From Hormiphora californensis (lineage: Eukaryota > Animalia > Ctenophora), in the NCBI GenBank assembly GCA_020137815.1, contig CM035355.1, positions 7,378,001-7,442,000 of the forward strand: a stretch of DNA of 64,000 bases. Direction: 5' to 3'. The position numbers and the translations under genes were made by a program. The notes below the pieces were generated by a model, which was not told the origin of the DNA, made no database searches, and worked only from the letters and a program-made list of their open reading frames with translations. Each line of letters begins with the position of its first letter. Position 1 is the first letter of the stretch. Of the stretch, positions 36,377 through 50,847 are shown in pieces.

Positions 36377-36485
36377 CAGGAACCGACCGAATCAGGAAAT
36401 ACCAGTCCCTGATTGGCTGATAACCAGTCACGTGACCTAAATATCGAGTTCTGATTGGTTGTTTACTTGTTTCGGTCGGTTCCTG
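36377..36485. mobile_element. 109-bp hAT-type MITE
   Basis: TIR caggaaccgaccgaa / ttcggtcggttcctg; exact 8-bp TSD tgggaagg (36369-76, 36486-93). Confidence 0.9.
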
Positions 36486-37173
36486 TGGGAAGGCAAAACA
36501 TATTTTCTTTCATCGCAAAACTCCGCAAATTTGTAAATTTTCAAACTCGTTGCGAGTCGGGGGAGACTGATTAAAACACCGTGGAACGTTCTCAAACTGT
36601 CTAAGCTTCAACTAATTCAACTGCCGTGAATGAACTGAGTAACTCAGAAACTCGCAATTACAGTTTGTTGGTTCAGCAGCAGCTGTTGAAAGACAGTATT
36701 AGCTCGAGAGGTGCTATGAAGTCAGAGGGGAACACTTGGAAAATAAATTCTCGGAAAAAGTAAAGTAAATATTTGCTCGACGATAAAGAACGTTCAGTAT
36801 GAAACACAGGGAAGATCGACAAACATCAGCTACATTGGATATTTATGGGACAACTAACGAGCGTTGAGAATTTATACCAATTTCTATCATTTGGTATGCC
36901 ACACCTAACCATAAGTCCTGATTTCTCATGATATCATGATATCTCTCTCCTGATTTCTCACGGCCCGCTCGACCAACTGCCCGATTGGCGATTGTATCAA
37001 ATATTATTCTAAATTAGCAGTCCAGTGTTATGCCAGTCACGCTTATAACAAATAATCATTTCAGGGCTGAAAGTATGCAATATCTAGGATCATTGGCTAT
37101 GATCATTATATGGCATTAGGATCTAGGATCATGTGCAGGCGAAACATAATAGGAATCGGTGATCATTCTGGCC

Positions 37174-37289
37174 TCTAGAGTCTAGACTGAATCTACACTA
37201 AATCTAGGCTGAATATAAAATACTAAATCTAGACTAAATCTCGGCTGAATCTAGACTGAATCTAGACTAAAATTATAGACTCAATCTAA
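37174..37289. repeat. Degenerate 11-bp minisatellite (aatctagactr)
   Basis: Repeated tctagactgaa / tctagactaaa units. Confidence 0.75.
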
Positions 37290-37454
37290 GTAAAACTGTA
37301 CGTGTGCTATGTGTATTACTATGTGTGTGAGCAATATATAATGGTGAGCCATATTAGAACAGGATACAGTTTAGTACGAGGGGGGGGGAGCTACTACATA
37401 GATTCCCACGGGCAGTGTAACCAATTAATGCAGCAAACAGGGGAGAGAGAGAGA

Positions 37455-37528
<74 letters not shown>

Positions 37529-37882
37529 GAGAGAGAGAGAAAGGGAAGGAGATAGAGAGAAAATGCCGTGGGTATTGTAGCACATAGTCAACTAGGTGTG
37601 ACAAAAAAAAGCTAAATATCAACTAAATTAATGGTGCAGCATTCATTGAATACACTCCACAACCATAGTATATCTGATCAGAACACTATGTTTCTCTTAT
37701 CGAGAGGTCGAACACACAACCTGCGTTTATCTCAGAATGCTCTGTGTTATCGAGCTCAGTGAATACCAACTGTCTGTGTGTCGCGTGTTTAGGAATTCCA
37801 ACTCATGCGACTCAGCATATATTCAGGCCTTGGTGGGTGTCTAGAGGGAGTCGGGTAAGCGAGATGGAGTGAGAGAGAGAGA

Positions 37883-37930
<48 letters not shown>

Positions 37931-38093
37931 GAACAGTAGGTTTGTAATCTAGAAGCTCAGTATAAGAAAAATAGGATTTGTCTGGGGCATACCATAATAC
38001 AGCAGCTAGTAGTCCCTCTCTTACTCACACTCTCTCTCCATCTATCTCTAGTTCCCTCTATCTCTCCCTCTCTTACTCATAACACTCTCACTA

Positions 38094-38175
<82 letters not shown>

Positions 38176-38907
38176 CTCTATCTCTTCTTCACAAAGGATA
38201 TCATTCTCATCTGTTCTGTCTCTCTATCATCGCCCCTCATCTGGTATCTAGCTAATTCAAAAGTAACGAGTCACATTAGTTCTCTACTAGATCACGAGAG
38301 AATCACAACATTCCTCATGTTGCACCTTCTAACCCCTCTCCCCCGATCCCCGGTCCTGATGTTACTCCTTCTAACCCCCCCCCCCCCCCCCCGCAATAGC
38401 ACACCTTTTAATATAACACGAACAAGGACAAGAGGGGGTCCAAACTAGACAAGGATCTAGATCGTGGCGTGACCACAACAAATATATAAATGCAGAACGG
38501 GGGTGAAAAAAGATCAGTGTTGCGGTGCGGTGAGGATCAGAGGATCTGCATAAAACCGCACACGTTATAACTGTGTATCAAAGTATATCTGTTACCAATC
38601 TGTGCTGCTACTTTATAACGGCGTTTGCATGCATAGATGAAGAAAGAGGGTGAGGGAGAGAGAAGAAAAGATAGAGAGATAGCAAGAGAGATAGCTGGAG
38701 AGACTCACTAAAAAGAGGGGTTCTAGAAACTGAAACAACGCGGATGAAGAGGAACACATAAAATAATGGTTATTTCACACGACTCGCCTCACACGGGTGT
38801 TTTTTCTCTCTCAACAAATACTAGTACTAATTAGGACGGCCCAACAAGTAATTAACGGTAGGCACAGCATTCCCCTCTCTCTCTATCTTTCTATCTCTCC
38901 CCCTCTC

Positions 38908-38939
<32 letters not shown>

Positions 38940-39222
38940 CCTGTGTTTACTATGCAACTGTGCGTGCACTTCCTTTTCCTAACACGCCTATAACGACAAT
39001 AACCTGACTATATCTCGTGCTGAGGTTCTTTCCTGGTCCCCAGTTTTACTATCTCTATCGTTCTTTCTCTCTCTTTTTTACTATCTTAGCCCTCTATATA
39101 TCTCTGGTACCGTACAGTGTGCTGTGTGCGGCCAATATACATGCAGGGCCCCACCTAACTACTGGCAACGAGCACAATAGAAAGCCCCGGAAACATCTCT
39201 CTCCTCTTAAATTCTATCTCTT

Positions 39223-39327
<105 letters not shown>

Positions 39328-40832
39328 TTCTCTCTCTCTTTCTCGCATTACCGCTATTCAAAAGATTCTTCGGTACAATGTCGTCACAGAAAAAAAAGGT
39401 GACACGCCCATACTGTGTGCCGGTTGCAGCCTACTGCTATAGCAGTGCCAGCACAATACAAACGTATTTGGAATTATAGGCACAATATGGATAAAAATAG
39501 CTCAGTCATTTTCAGTCACTGACATAGCTACGGTATCTCATTTTACCTCTATCTCTCTATCCCTCTCTTTCTATCCCTCTCACAAGTTTTGTGCATGGTG
39601 AACCGTAACTAAGTTACACAAATCAAAATGATGATAGTATCAACTATCACTCTGTGCAGCACAAGGGAAGGGCGCTATAATATTACGTCATCACATAACG
39701 GTCAATGAACAGGCGACTCAACCTATCTCTGGTATGTTCTTCAAGCAGTGACTCCAAGCTATATTTGGGGAGTGGGTGAGAAGGGCGAGGAGGGGGACAG
39801 CTAGGGATAAAGATAGCTCTATATACTGTAGACAGGAATGATCTATAATCATACTGAGCTCTCAGCTACCACTATGTACCATGATCCAACTGAAAGCATA
39901 CCTTCTTTCTATCTCTCTATCACTCTCTCTTTCTCTCCTAGATCAGGCTAGACAAGGAGACTTGGAAGAGCCTTGTTCTCGGTGAAACGATTGAGCAACT
40001 AACCCTTGATTATTTCTAAAGAAATCATACAAGCTACTTATATTACGAAAATATTATGGTTTAAAGAGAGTTAAATGTGTGGGAAGAATAAGGGAGACAG
40101 AAAGGGAGAGAAGGGAGAGAAGGGAGAGAAAGCAGAAAGAAGGGCCATGCGGTAACTGTGTTCAAAACAAGCTCCCACGGTCAAATTCAACACTGGTCAC
40201 ACACGAAACGAACTGTTTGTTGTGTAATTATTAATCTAGTATGTATAAGGTTTCCTATGACATCAGTAACAACAGAACCGAATAGCTGATTTAATCAGAG
40301 GTATGAGCGGCATAGAATGTTAACAGTTGATTAATTGTTTAGCTTAGAGGTAGAGCTAGGGCCATTCCAGATGAGACAAAACGAGCGGCTGGCCCTACCA
40401 GCTGCTCGTTTTGTTTCTCGTCTGGGAAGAAGTTTGCACCCAAAGGTGCAGATGCTTGGGGAATATGAGGACCTATTACCAGTAGAGAGTATAGCTTGAT
40501 TCTCAGCTCAGATTATTATCCAATCTCTAGGGTGAAGTCCTTTCCTGTTCTTGTACTATTCAGATCACATTACTCTATTTAAATATGTTCTTTCATAACA
40601 ATACAAAATATATATTAATAGCATATCGCATACCTACTTTAATATTTCATAATAATATAATCCATACAGCTGCCAGATACAATCTCTTTTACAGGCTCAT
40701 TGACCAGTTGTCACGTTTGTAACAACAGAGTGGCGAGCTGTTGAGCACTGATCAACAACTCAGCTACCGTGATACACATACCTGCATGACTACAGGTGAA
40801 CAGGGATAAAAATGTTTCAATGACAAAATATA

Positions 40833-41311
40833 CAAATTGTTGCTAAGTTGAAATTTTTGAATACTCAATTTTAAAGTCTTGCACATGTATTGGGATGTTC
40901 TATGAACTAATTTCCGTGTTTTGAAATTTTAAAATTTTAAAATTTTTTTTCGATTTTTTCCCGATTTTTCACCAAAATCAAGGGTCACAAAAGTGGCTTG
41001 CGATCCTTAGTGGCTCAACCGTTTGGGCTGAAACTCCGGATATCTGTAGATAATTACCCAATGAATAACAGGAAATATGATGCATAGCGATATTTGACTA
41101 TAAAGACCCAATTTTATACTATACAACCGTATGTTCACGAATACAACCCATGCGCACTGCAATAAACAGCAAAAACACGGGTCACAAAAGTGGCTTGCGA
41201 TCCTTAGTGGCTCAACCGTTTGGGCTGAAACTCCGGATATCAGTAGAGAATTACCCAATGAATAACAGGAAATATGATGCATATCGATTCATTCCGACTT
41301 AGCAACCCCTG
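40833..41311. mobile_element. Degenerate Tc1/mariner-type MITE with a ~103-bp internal direct repeat
   Basis: Imperfect TIR gttgctaagttgaaat / attccgacttagcaacccctg|TA; gggtcacaaaagtggcttgcgatcc...gaaatatgatgcata at ~40982-41085 and ~41179-41283. Confidence 0.55.
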
Positions 41312-42105
41312 TATATTATACATAGGTAAAATCGAGCGTAAAAAAACACGTAAAGGTGAACTCAATTGTTGCGTATTGAAATAACAGTCCAAGAACCCAG
41401 ACAAGTGACAATTTAGACAGAAGATAGAGGTTTCTTCCTATCTATCTCAGTAGAGATACAGCTCTATCTTTCTATCTCTCTCGATTCAAGTTACGCAGTG
41501 CCTGCGGCAGTGGGTTGTTGGCACATGAGATGGTGTCAAATAGTTGAACTGAAAATTACCGCGATTGGCGACTAATTTAACGGACAGATGCGATGGAAAG
41601 ATGAGAGGGATGGAGGGGAGTGATAGAAAGAGGGCGGGAGAGAGAGGAGAGAGAGATTGAGAAATAGAGAAGGAAGATTAGGAACGTCCTCTAGAAAGCT
41701 GGAGGGAGAAACCCGATAAACAGATGCTAAGATTACGAGGGAACTGAACAGATGCAATTAGAGCGAGACAGTGCGCCTTGTCTAGGTCCAGGGTCCTAAT
41801 ACAGCTGGTAGAGAGGGTAGAAGATTCAAGAAAGCTGATATTCCTGGAAACATAAATGGTGATAGGGCATATTAGAGGGTGTCCGTCCGACAGATAATCT
41901 TAGATGTACCGGGATGTGCTCATTCTATGAAAGGATGCTAAGAATTTAAAAATCAGTACAGAATTAAAATTGGAAAGTTACAAGATCAAAATGAGGAAGC
42001 AGCTATCGCAGCAGTAGTACAGCTTACAGAACTAAAAAGGGGAAGCTACAGTACTAGCAGGATTAAAAAGGGGAAAAAGCAGTAGTAGTAGTAGGTAAGA
42101 GAGAA

Positions 42106-42155
<50 letters not shown>

Positions 42156-42445
42156 AGGAAGAAGAGTAATAATGTGCGGGGAGCTAAGTTTACAGCTCAG
42201 GACAGAGTTAGAGGCAAGTAATACCACCAGCTCAGAATATGTGAGAGAAAAGCAAGATGGAAAAGAGAGGAATGAAGGGAGAAGCAAAAAGAGATAGAAA
42301 ACAGAAGAATGGAGGAGAGAGGGGAGAAGCAAGCTCCCCTCGGACGGCTAAACGTAAAGCAACACACTAAAAACAGTTCTTTTAATATACCCCCTGTCAA
42401 CACATTTATTCAAAAGAGAGAAAGCAAGGGAAAGTGAGAGAGAGA

Positions 42446-42485
<40 letters not shown>

Positions 42486-44604
42486 TCCAGGGGGAGTCTC
42501 TGACCCACCCTGCGGGTAGTGCCCATGTTACGTGAACTAAACGTCACTAACACGTGCTAAACAGATGCTATAACGTCACAATTGGTGTTAAAATAGAAAT
42601 CATAATAGTAACTCTTGTAGATCATCGTGAAAAGTCACTAATATTAGCAAGCGATTCTATTTTATAAACAAAGCAAGAGAGCTCCACGGCATCTGGTATT
42701 ATAATTCCCAGCAAACTTTGAAACACAATCTGTAACTTATGTTACGTTACTGAAGCCTTATATTTACCAGGAGGCAATGAAATGAAGTTGGTGGTATTAG
42801 ATGATGAGAAATAACTGCACTGGATTGTACTGAGAAATAATTGAGACAACTAAACTGGATTTTACAAGAATCGACTAAACACCGCTACTGCAGGATGAAT
42901 TGGACAATGGTTAAATGAGATTGGTGTTCTCTTTCCCTCCCTCTCTCTTTTTCTCACTTTCCCCTCTCTCTCTCCCTCGCTCACTTTATTTCTCAGCTCG
43001 TGCAGTACTACAAACACGCACTCACGCGAGAAAAGAAAGAGAAAGATAGAAAGCAGAGATTGGAATAAAAAGGGATAGAAACGTTAGTAACCAACCTATA
43101 ATACTCATTGATAGTATACTGTGTAAGCTATAATATAGATCTTTCCCTCTCTTTCCATCTTTCTCTCTCTCCTGCCCTCGTTCCCTCAAGCTCGAGCGAG
43201 TGTGAAAGGAAAAGCGTGGGAAAGTTGGATCTCGCAGGAAAATATATATATATCAGTCATTGAATGGCCCATGTATGAGTCCACCACAGTCAAACACTTT
43301 AGTCACATGACCTTGAAACAAGCACACCAAAGTCTTTTAACTGAGGGGACCATGAGATGAGAGTAGTGGAAGAGAAGAGTAGAGGTGGGTCCGATGTTTT
43401 TCTGGCTGTCGTTGAACGTTGTGACTATATCGGGGCCTGTCTATTAGGCAATAGAGACTTTTAAAACATAGATGAGTCATCACAAAGTAAGGGTATCGCA
43501 GACCTCCCCCCTCTCTTTCCCATTGGATCATGAGAGATGAGATGATTGTTCCTATTTTTACTTGGTACCTCTATCGCTGTGCCCCCTCTATTCCTTCAGT
43601 ACGTCCTTCATACACAACTCTCTTCCCTTTCTCTCAATGGTTCCAGACTCTCTCTCCCTCTCCCTCTCTCTCCCTCTCTCTCCCTCTCTTTCTCTTACTA
43701 ACTCTCTCTCCCTCCATCTCACTAACTTTCTACTCCAACCCCTCAGAGTGGCATATGCAGCGCTTAAGTACACAGACAGTTACGGTCCTAGCTCCCCTCT
43801 CCAGAGCTCAAAATAATACACGGAAGGACTTTGCTCTTTTCGACCCCCTTCTCCCACACACACATACTCCCCATTCTCACTCATTTACTCGCATTCAAAA
43901 ATCCCCCTTCTCTCTCCCTTGTTCTCTCTCCTTTTCCCTCTCTCTCTCTCTCTCTCTCGAGTCGTCTCTCTCGTCTATCAGTCTCATCTCTCTCGTCCTC
44001 ACGAGGTACTTCTCTCTCCATCCTCTCTCTCACTCTCTCTCTCTCCCTGCTCCCAGTGTCAAATGATGTACCAATGGAGAGGTGAGAGGGGGTGTCCCCC
44101 TATCTGATACATGGCCTACTAGGCGGATAAAATTCAATTAATGAAGCAACAATCCACTCTCCCGGACCAACAGACCAATAGACACCCTGACATGGCGCAC
44201 GTGGGACTAATCGTCCAATGGGAAACAATCACGTGACCTCCACGAGCCAATGAAAATCCAGTATTTTAGTATCGGGGTGCTGGTGCTGGAGAGAGACGGT
44301 AAAGTGCCGACTGTTACCGAGCAGCACGTGCGATCCCTCGCATCACTGTATTTTTAGCAGCTCTCACCAGACCGCATCAATGACTAGACCGCCCTCTCGT
44401 TTGAATCAAGCGGTGATAGGGACGATGAAGCGAGCGAGAGAGAGGGAATAGGGGGAGGTGAGAAATGGATAGCACACGATACAGGTTCACACACTGTGAT
44501 CATAGCCCCAGCGTGTGTGTCCAGGACGCGTGCACTAAAGAGGGAACTCGGGTGAAAGATAGAGAGAAAGATAGGGAGAGAAGAAGAGAGAAATAAAGAT
44601 AGAG

Positions 44605-44641
<37 letters not shown>

Positions 44642-44649
44642 TAGAGAGA

Positions 44650-44734
<85 letters not shown>

Positions 44735-47356
44735 CTCATGCACACCATGGAAGGAGCGAGCAATGCATGAATGAGTGCTAAAAAGGGACACGCGGTGGGA
44801 AAAACACATAACCACACTCACTGTCACCACAAAGGTAAGGCTAATCATGCACGATCAGAGCTCAACAACTGTCAGCACCACGAGAGAGAGGATGGTGGAG
44901 ATACTCTAACAGCACGAGGAGGATGCTCTAACAAAGGGGAAACACAGTGTGGATTATATATAGCATGACTTTATAAACGATACCATCATGCCTCATTGCT
45001 TGTGTTTGCCGTTGCAGGGGGTGGTTGAGCCCCCCACGGAGAAAAAAGGGATAGAAGGGGAGAGGGGGAGAGATAGAAAGAAGGGGAGAGGGAAATAGAT
45101 GGAGACTAGAGAGAAGAAAAGCCGTTACAAGGCGAGTGTTATGGGCGGTCATCAACAAAACATAGATCACCGCCACCACCAGCAGAGAAACGGATAGAGA
45201 GAGAGAGAGATAGAGAGAAACAGAGATGGAGAGAGATAGAGAGGGGAAGAGAGAAGATAGAGCGTCTATCTTACTGCGATAGACAGCCCTGTCGATACTA
45301 CTACAAGATTGTAAAGGAATACATCATCTAGTTTATTTCTGGGGATTCACTGAATTGAAGAATTTAGTGAACATGGCTCGATGCTAAACCAAAACAAGCA
45401 ATCAAACCGATTGATTCCAAAAACATCCGATCTGGACGAAATAGAAAATGAGAGAGCCGAACAAAATGGGGGGCAAACAAAACTGCTTGCATGGGCAGCA
45501 GGGTGTGGTCTTGTAGCCCCTAATTAGACCGTGTCAGTGCGTGCCGAATAATGGGCCATGAAGGGCACGGTTTGGTAATAATTATGTCATGGAAATACTC
45601 TCTTTCTATCTCTCTCCCTGTGGCATCTCTACGCATTACGTTAGTGGGCTGACAATAATTTAGTACACATTATGGCCCTTCTAATCAACACGTGCAAGTT
45701 TGGAACACCATTGTTCGGTGCAAAATTATTCTAGAATAGTTTTCTACTCAGTTTTTGTTTGTATGTCAGAGTTACACACCCCACCTACAAGCATATTTGG
45801 TTGACAACATACTGTAAGTCAGTGATTGGACAATAGATTTACGTAGAGCACCAGAGATTGGGTACTCGAAGTATATACCGGGGTCAACGTGATGGCTGCA
45901 GAGATGATATCTGTCAAACTCCACCTCACACCGTGTATATCATAAACGCTGTCAGACGTAGCCCGCCTGAGCTGCTTTCGTGATTCGAACTAAGGTCAGG
46001 CAACTGTCTGACAGGGTTCACATGATGGGTATGGATATAGGAACGATGAAGTGATTAAAAATATGGGAATAAAAACAGGATCTGTTTATTTAACTTGACA
46101 GTCCGTGTTATTAAGCTGGAACAGTTAAACACTGCTTAGAGTTAAACTATGTCAACGCCCACATATGGTGTGTTAACAAGTGTTATAAATTCCCAGGGCA
46201 GTGTTACAAAATAAACTGATCAGCTAAAGTTCAAACAAAGCTTCCTCTCAAGCGCTCAAATATTTAGACAGTCTCAACTTTCCTAACCCCAAATTTAAAC
46301 GAATATGGAAAATGTTGTTATGTTCTAACCCTCCCTTTACATTTGTGTTTCGCCCGCGGGGCGTGCGAAAAACAGTCTAACTTAGCAAGGAAAATGTGGG
46401 GCAGCAGCTGCAGCACCGTACTGCATGTGTTATCTCGCACTAACAAGCCCACCAGACCTCTCACTGTCTAGTTCGCGGGAAGCTCGACACATAATATATA
46501 CTCTCACTGTGTTTTATTATCCCTAGCTCAACCCCCTTTGTCACAGGATCCTGTGTTTTAGGTGAAACCTAAAATATATCTTACTAAGTGGACATGTGTC
46601 ATCACAAGAAAAATATGTCTCATATCTTCGTCTCCAGTCTAGCGACTTGTCTGGTGTGTCTCTTTCTCATTTCTCTCTTACTCGCTTGTCTCTATCTATC
46701 TCTCTCGAGTGGACTATGATTTCTGTCTAACCCCTCACTGACGTAAGAAATATCAGAATGCACAATTGTTATGTACAGTTAAAATCTGTACTAACGATTG
46801 CTGATCATAGATCATACTGACACAATGCTACTGATCAGGTCATCATCAGTACAGTTATCGAGATACATATCACTGGTTGTGTCTCCATTAAACACGAAAC
46901 TTGTCAAACAATTCCGAGTTCCAATGTATAACAATTCATAGTGGTTGCGCTAGAGTGGAGATAAGAATTGTTAGTTTTGGCAAAAGTATATAAACCAAAA
47001 GTGGAACGTATTTATAAACGCAGTTGGAGAGATTGTTGGGGCAAATTAGAGAGGTAGGGAGTGAAAACAAGTAATCTGAATAAATTAATAGTGTTTTATC
47101 TTTAAAAATCATAGAAACTACATAATTATAAAAGATAGTCTAAACTCTGCACTCATGATCAGTTTTTAACAGAACAAATTCAGTTGTACATACCAGCTGT
47201 ATAGTAAAACACATGACAACAAAACTAGTGCTACCACTTTATTATTTGAGCTTCAAAAAAGTAATAAGTTAACCCAATTAAAAAGTAATTAAAAAGTGGA
47301 ATTTTTGTGCAGGTCAATATTGCACGGAAAGGGTACGGAAAATACAGCGATAGAAT

Positions 47357-47467
<111 letters not shown>

Positions 47468-48005
47468 GAGAGGGGAAGTGGTAGAAAAGATAACATCCCT
47501 ACATTACCAATAACCAGGCGCCATTACCAAGCACCGGCGTCCGGCGACCAATTCTCTCATTTTCTCCTCTTTATTGCCTAATAAAGCAGGATGCAGGCCC
47601 GATCATGTTTGTCGTTCCCACTTCACACTCTCTCCTTTGAAAAATGTGCAACGCCGTACAAACACTCTGAGAGATATCTTCTTTTCTCCCAAATTGAATT
47701 TCATTTACTCGACCGGAAAGATACTCCCTGGTGTATGTCTTTTTTTCCCGTATCCACTTCTTGAATCTCCCAAGGGTTTCCAAGGGCAAAACAACGTATT
47801 ATATCACTAGGAACAGTAAATTGACCCCAACACTCACATTCGATACGCGTGAAACACTCCAGATTGCGTTTGTGTACTTTCCGTCACGTCCGGTCACGTC
47901 GTTCAAAGAAGTCAGGTCTAGGGGTCACACCAGATCCGGAGATAGTGATGTAAAGCCCATTACCAAGTTTGATCAAGCAAGAAAAGGTATAGATTGGTAC
48001 CAAAT

Positions 48006-48389
48006 CTACCGGTGGGTGACTGCTCCTTCGGCTGGTTCAGGATTCGGTATGCTCTTATTAACAAACCTATTCCGTAAAACCTTGAGGAGGCTGATAAGAT
48101 ACTCCTTTAAATCAACCGGCCTCCAATGAATCTCAACCCAGTAGAAAAGAGATGAAGTCAGTGCAGAGAGTGAATCTGTGTTGATCACCGCTTTGAACCA
48201 CTCAAACTGCTTACAAAGGAGAGTTGTGAATAATTTCAACTTGATATGATTGGACACCACGCAGTTTAAATCTGGTGGAATATTTCCCTTTTCAGCAGTT
48301 TCGCATGGTGTTTCCATATTCCCAATCTCTTCTCTCCTCACTTCCACAAGATATAATTTCGTCTGTGTACTCTGATGACCCTCTCTCAT
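48006..48389 (-). other. Unassigned 127-codon ORF or coding relic with weak similarity to a Mab-21/cGAS-like helical C-lobe
   Basis: Complex-composition island between microsatellites; pattern FKAVI...LTSSLFYWVE..W...DL...LISLLKVL....NKSIPNP judged by eye only. Confidence 0.25.
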
Positions 48390-48514
48390 AATTTATCCTT
48401 GTCCTTCCATCACTCACTGGCTGACTTTATCTACTCTCATCTCTCTCATGCTCTCCTCTCGTCTCTACTACCTTCGCTCGGTCTGTCTCACTCTCCTCTC
48501 TCTCTCTCTTCTCG

Positions 48515-48614
<100 letters not shown>

Positions 48615-48955
48615 ACTCTCTCCATCACACTCTCTTCCTCGTTCTCTCCTTTTATGCATGGCGAAAACAAACACACAGTGAGAGTAGGCTTCAAGATCGC
48701 TCTCAACCTTCCATATTCCTCCTCTAGTTCTCACTTCCATTTTCTAACCCCCACCATTTCATCCCTACCACCGGTAACAACTCATAGTATTCTTATCAAT
48801 TAGTACGAACCCAAAAATAAAGCAAACCTACATATTGGACGGGACAAAAACCACAATAGCTGTCAGACGTCCCAAGAAGGTGCGAGAGACCATGAGAGGC
48901 TGAGAGAAGAAGGGTGAGAGAGAGAGAAAGAGAGAGAAAGAGAGAGAGTGAGAGA

Positions 48956-48986
<31 letters not shown>

Positions 48987-49048
48987 TGAGAGAGAGAGAG
49001 AAAGAGAGAGAAAGAGAGAGAGTGAGAGAGAGAGTGAGAGAGAGAGAG

Positions 49049-49091
<43 letters not shown>

Positions 49092-49094
49092 GAG

Positions 49095-49141
<47 letters not shown>

Positions 49142-50672
49142 GCTGCTCTGGGTATTGGCGAATAACTAAAGTGTTACTGGCAGAGGTGGCTTGTTCAGGA
49201 AAAAGTTGTGATTGCGTAATTGTTTACTACAGTAAAAAGACCACCATCGAGACACACATGTGCGTCGGTTTCAGTTTTACAATTTTGCCCATTTTATTAT
49301 TTCACCAGCTTTTTCTCTTCTCTTTCTCTCACCCTCTCCCAGGACGGTTTGTGTAAAAACACTTGTTGTACAAGCCTTTAGAAGCCTTACAAAACGAGAA
49401 CAACGTATTGAAAACACAGACGAAGAATGTTTCGAATTGGAAACCAAATTTCTGCCCATGGATATATCTCGTTTTCTCAGAAAAAGACACATTGAAGCAC
49501 TAAGAAGACGGCGGAAACAAAAGAAGGCCAATATTCGATTTCCCTTAAAATGGAAATCCATTCTGCATCAACGTCAGAGACCGCTTCATAAAGAGACATG
49601 GATAGAGAGATAGGGGAGGGAGAGATAATGGAGAAATTCGGAGAGAAAGGGCGAGGGAGAGAGAATCAACGTTGATAGAATTTGAAGGGTCCAAAATAAA
49701 ATGTTAATTATAACTTTTGACGTGCGTCTAACAGCCAGACATGTGCCACTCCTGATTTACAGAGTCATTGTACAGTTTAATGGACAATTCTTTAGAAGGC
49801 CTAGACCACAAGGAAAAATGGCCATTACGAATTACAAAGCTGACTCATATTCGGTAGAAAAATGGTACCCGATTACCAATACCGGAAACTATAATTTTAT
49901 TGGTTTCGTATTCTTGTTATGAAACGTGTTCTTGTGGTATTGTTCGGGTAATAAATTCAGGATATTATAATGCATGACCTCCTTCGAAACAAATACCAAA
50001 GTTATAACGTAAAGGTATGGATAAAAGTAGTCTCGGAGTGCACGCTATATGGATACAAAGTGCAAAGACATTCTTTTGTAGATGCTTTACAGCTCTCACA
50101 CTAGTGCAGCGGCTAATGAAAATGACGACAGAGCTGCCTCCCAAAAAACTAAATACTAATAACAGTAGATAGATGCAAATGTCACAGTATTTGAAGTAAT
50201 TTTACGTGCCAAAATTTCTTGCCCCCAAAAGATACCACAATTGTGACTCGATATCAGTATTGTACAATATTTAATTTCGACAGAACCATAACATGTATAA
50301 AATCAGCTTCGATACAACTATCTAGCTCAGATGTCAGTATCTCCGGTTGTTGATAAGATGATTCCAGCTGCATTGGAAAGATAATTAAAAGTCCTTTCCA
50401 GAACACCTTGGATCTTTATCTTATCAGGAACCAGAGGGGCGGACTATGTCTAGCTCAGAGATCAGTGTCCTCCCTATACTAAACATGTAAAAGTCAATGT
50501 AGGTAAATTTAATTTATGCATTTGATATACGAATTCTTAGTGTAAATAATTTACGGTGTCCGTATTGATAGCCAGCGCTATACAATTATCACGTTACATC
50601 CACATAGCATCCACGTAGTAGGAGTGCTTAGATCACGCACGTGCAAAACTCATGCACCACCCGAAGTTTAGG

Positions 50673-50847
50673 TTACCTTGTTCCAGACCAAACCATAGTC
50701 AAGACACTCTCAAAGGCAAAACTTTACCTTGTTCCAGACCAATTACCAAACCATACTCAAGACACTCTCAAAGGCAAAACTTTACCTTGTTCCAGACCAA
50801 ACTATACTCACGACACTCTCAAAGGCAAAACGTTACCTTGTTCCAGA
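50673..50847. repeat. 51-bp tandem repeat (3.3 copies)
   Basis: ttaccttgttccaga starts at 50673, 50724, 50782, 50833 (second unit has a 7-bp insertion). Confidence 0.9.

Noticed and set aside
41530-42060. tggtgtca PBS-like motif followed by broken coding-like sequence
   Set aside because: Too degenerate; no LTRs or pol motifs found
45950-46015. Stem-loop with a GTTCGAATC T-loop-like motif on the minus strand
   Set aside because: No cloverleaf or A box; cannot support a tRNA or ribozyme call
49343-49613. Acceptor-preceded basic ORF on the + strand
   Set aside because: No partner exons or recognisable domain; cannot be supported as a gene
50673-50847. Possible CRISPR-like array
   Set aside because: Units repeat in full with no unique spacers; eukaryotic context and no cas genes
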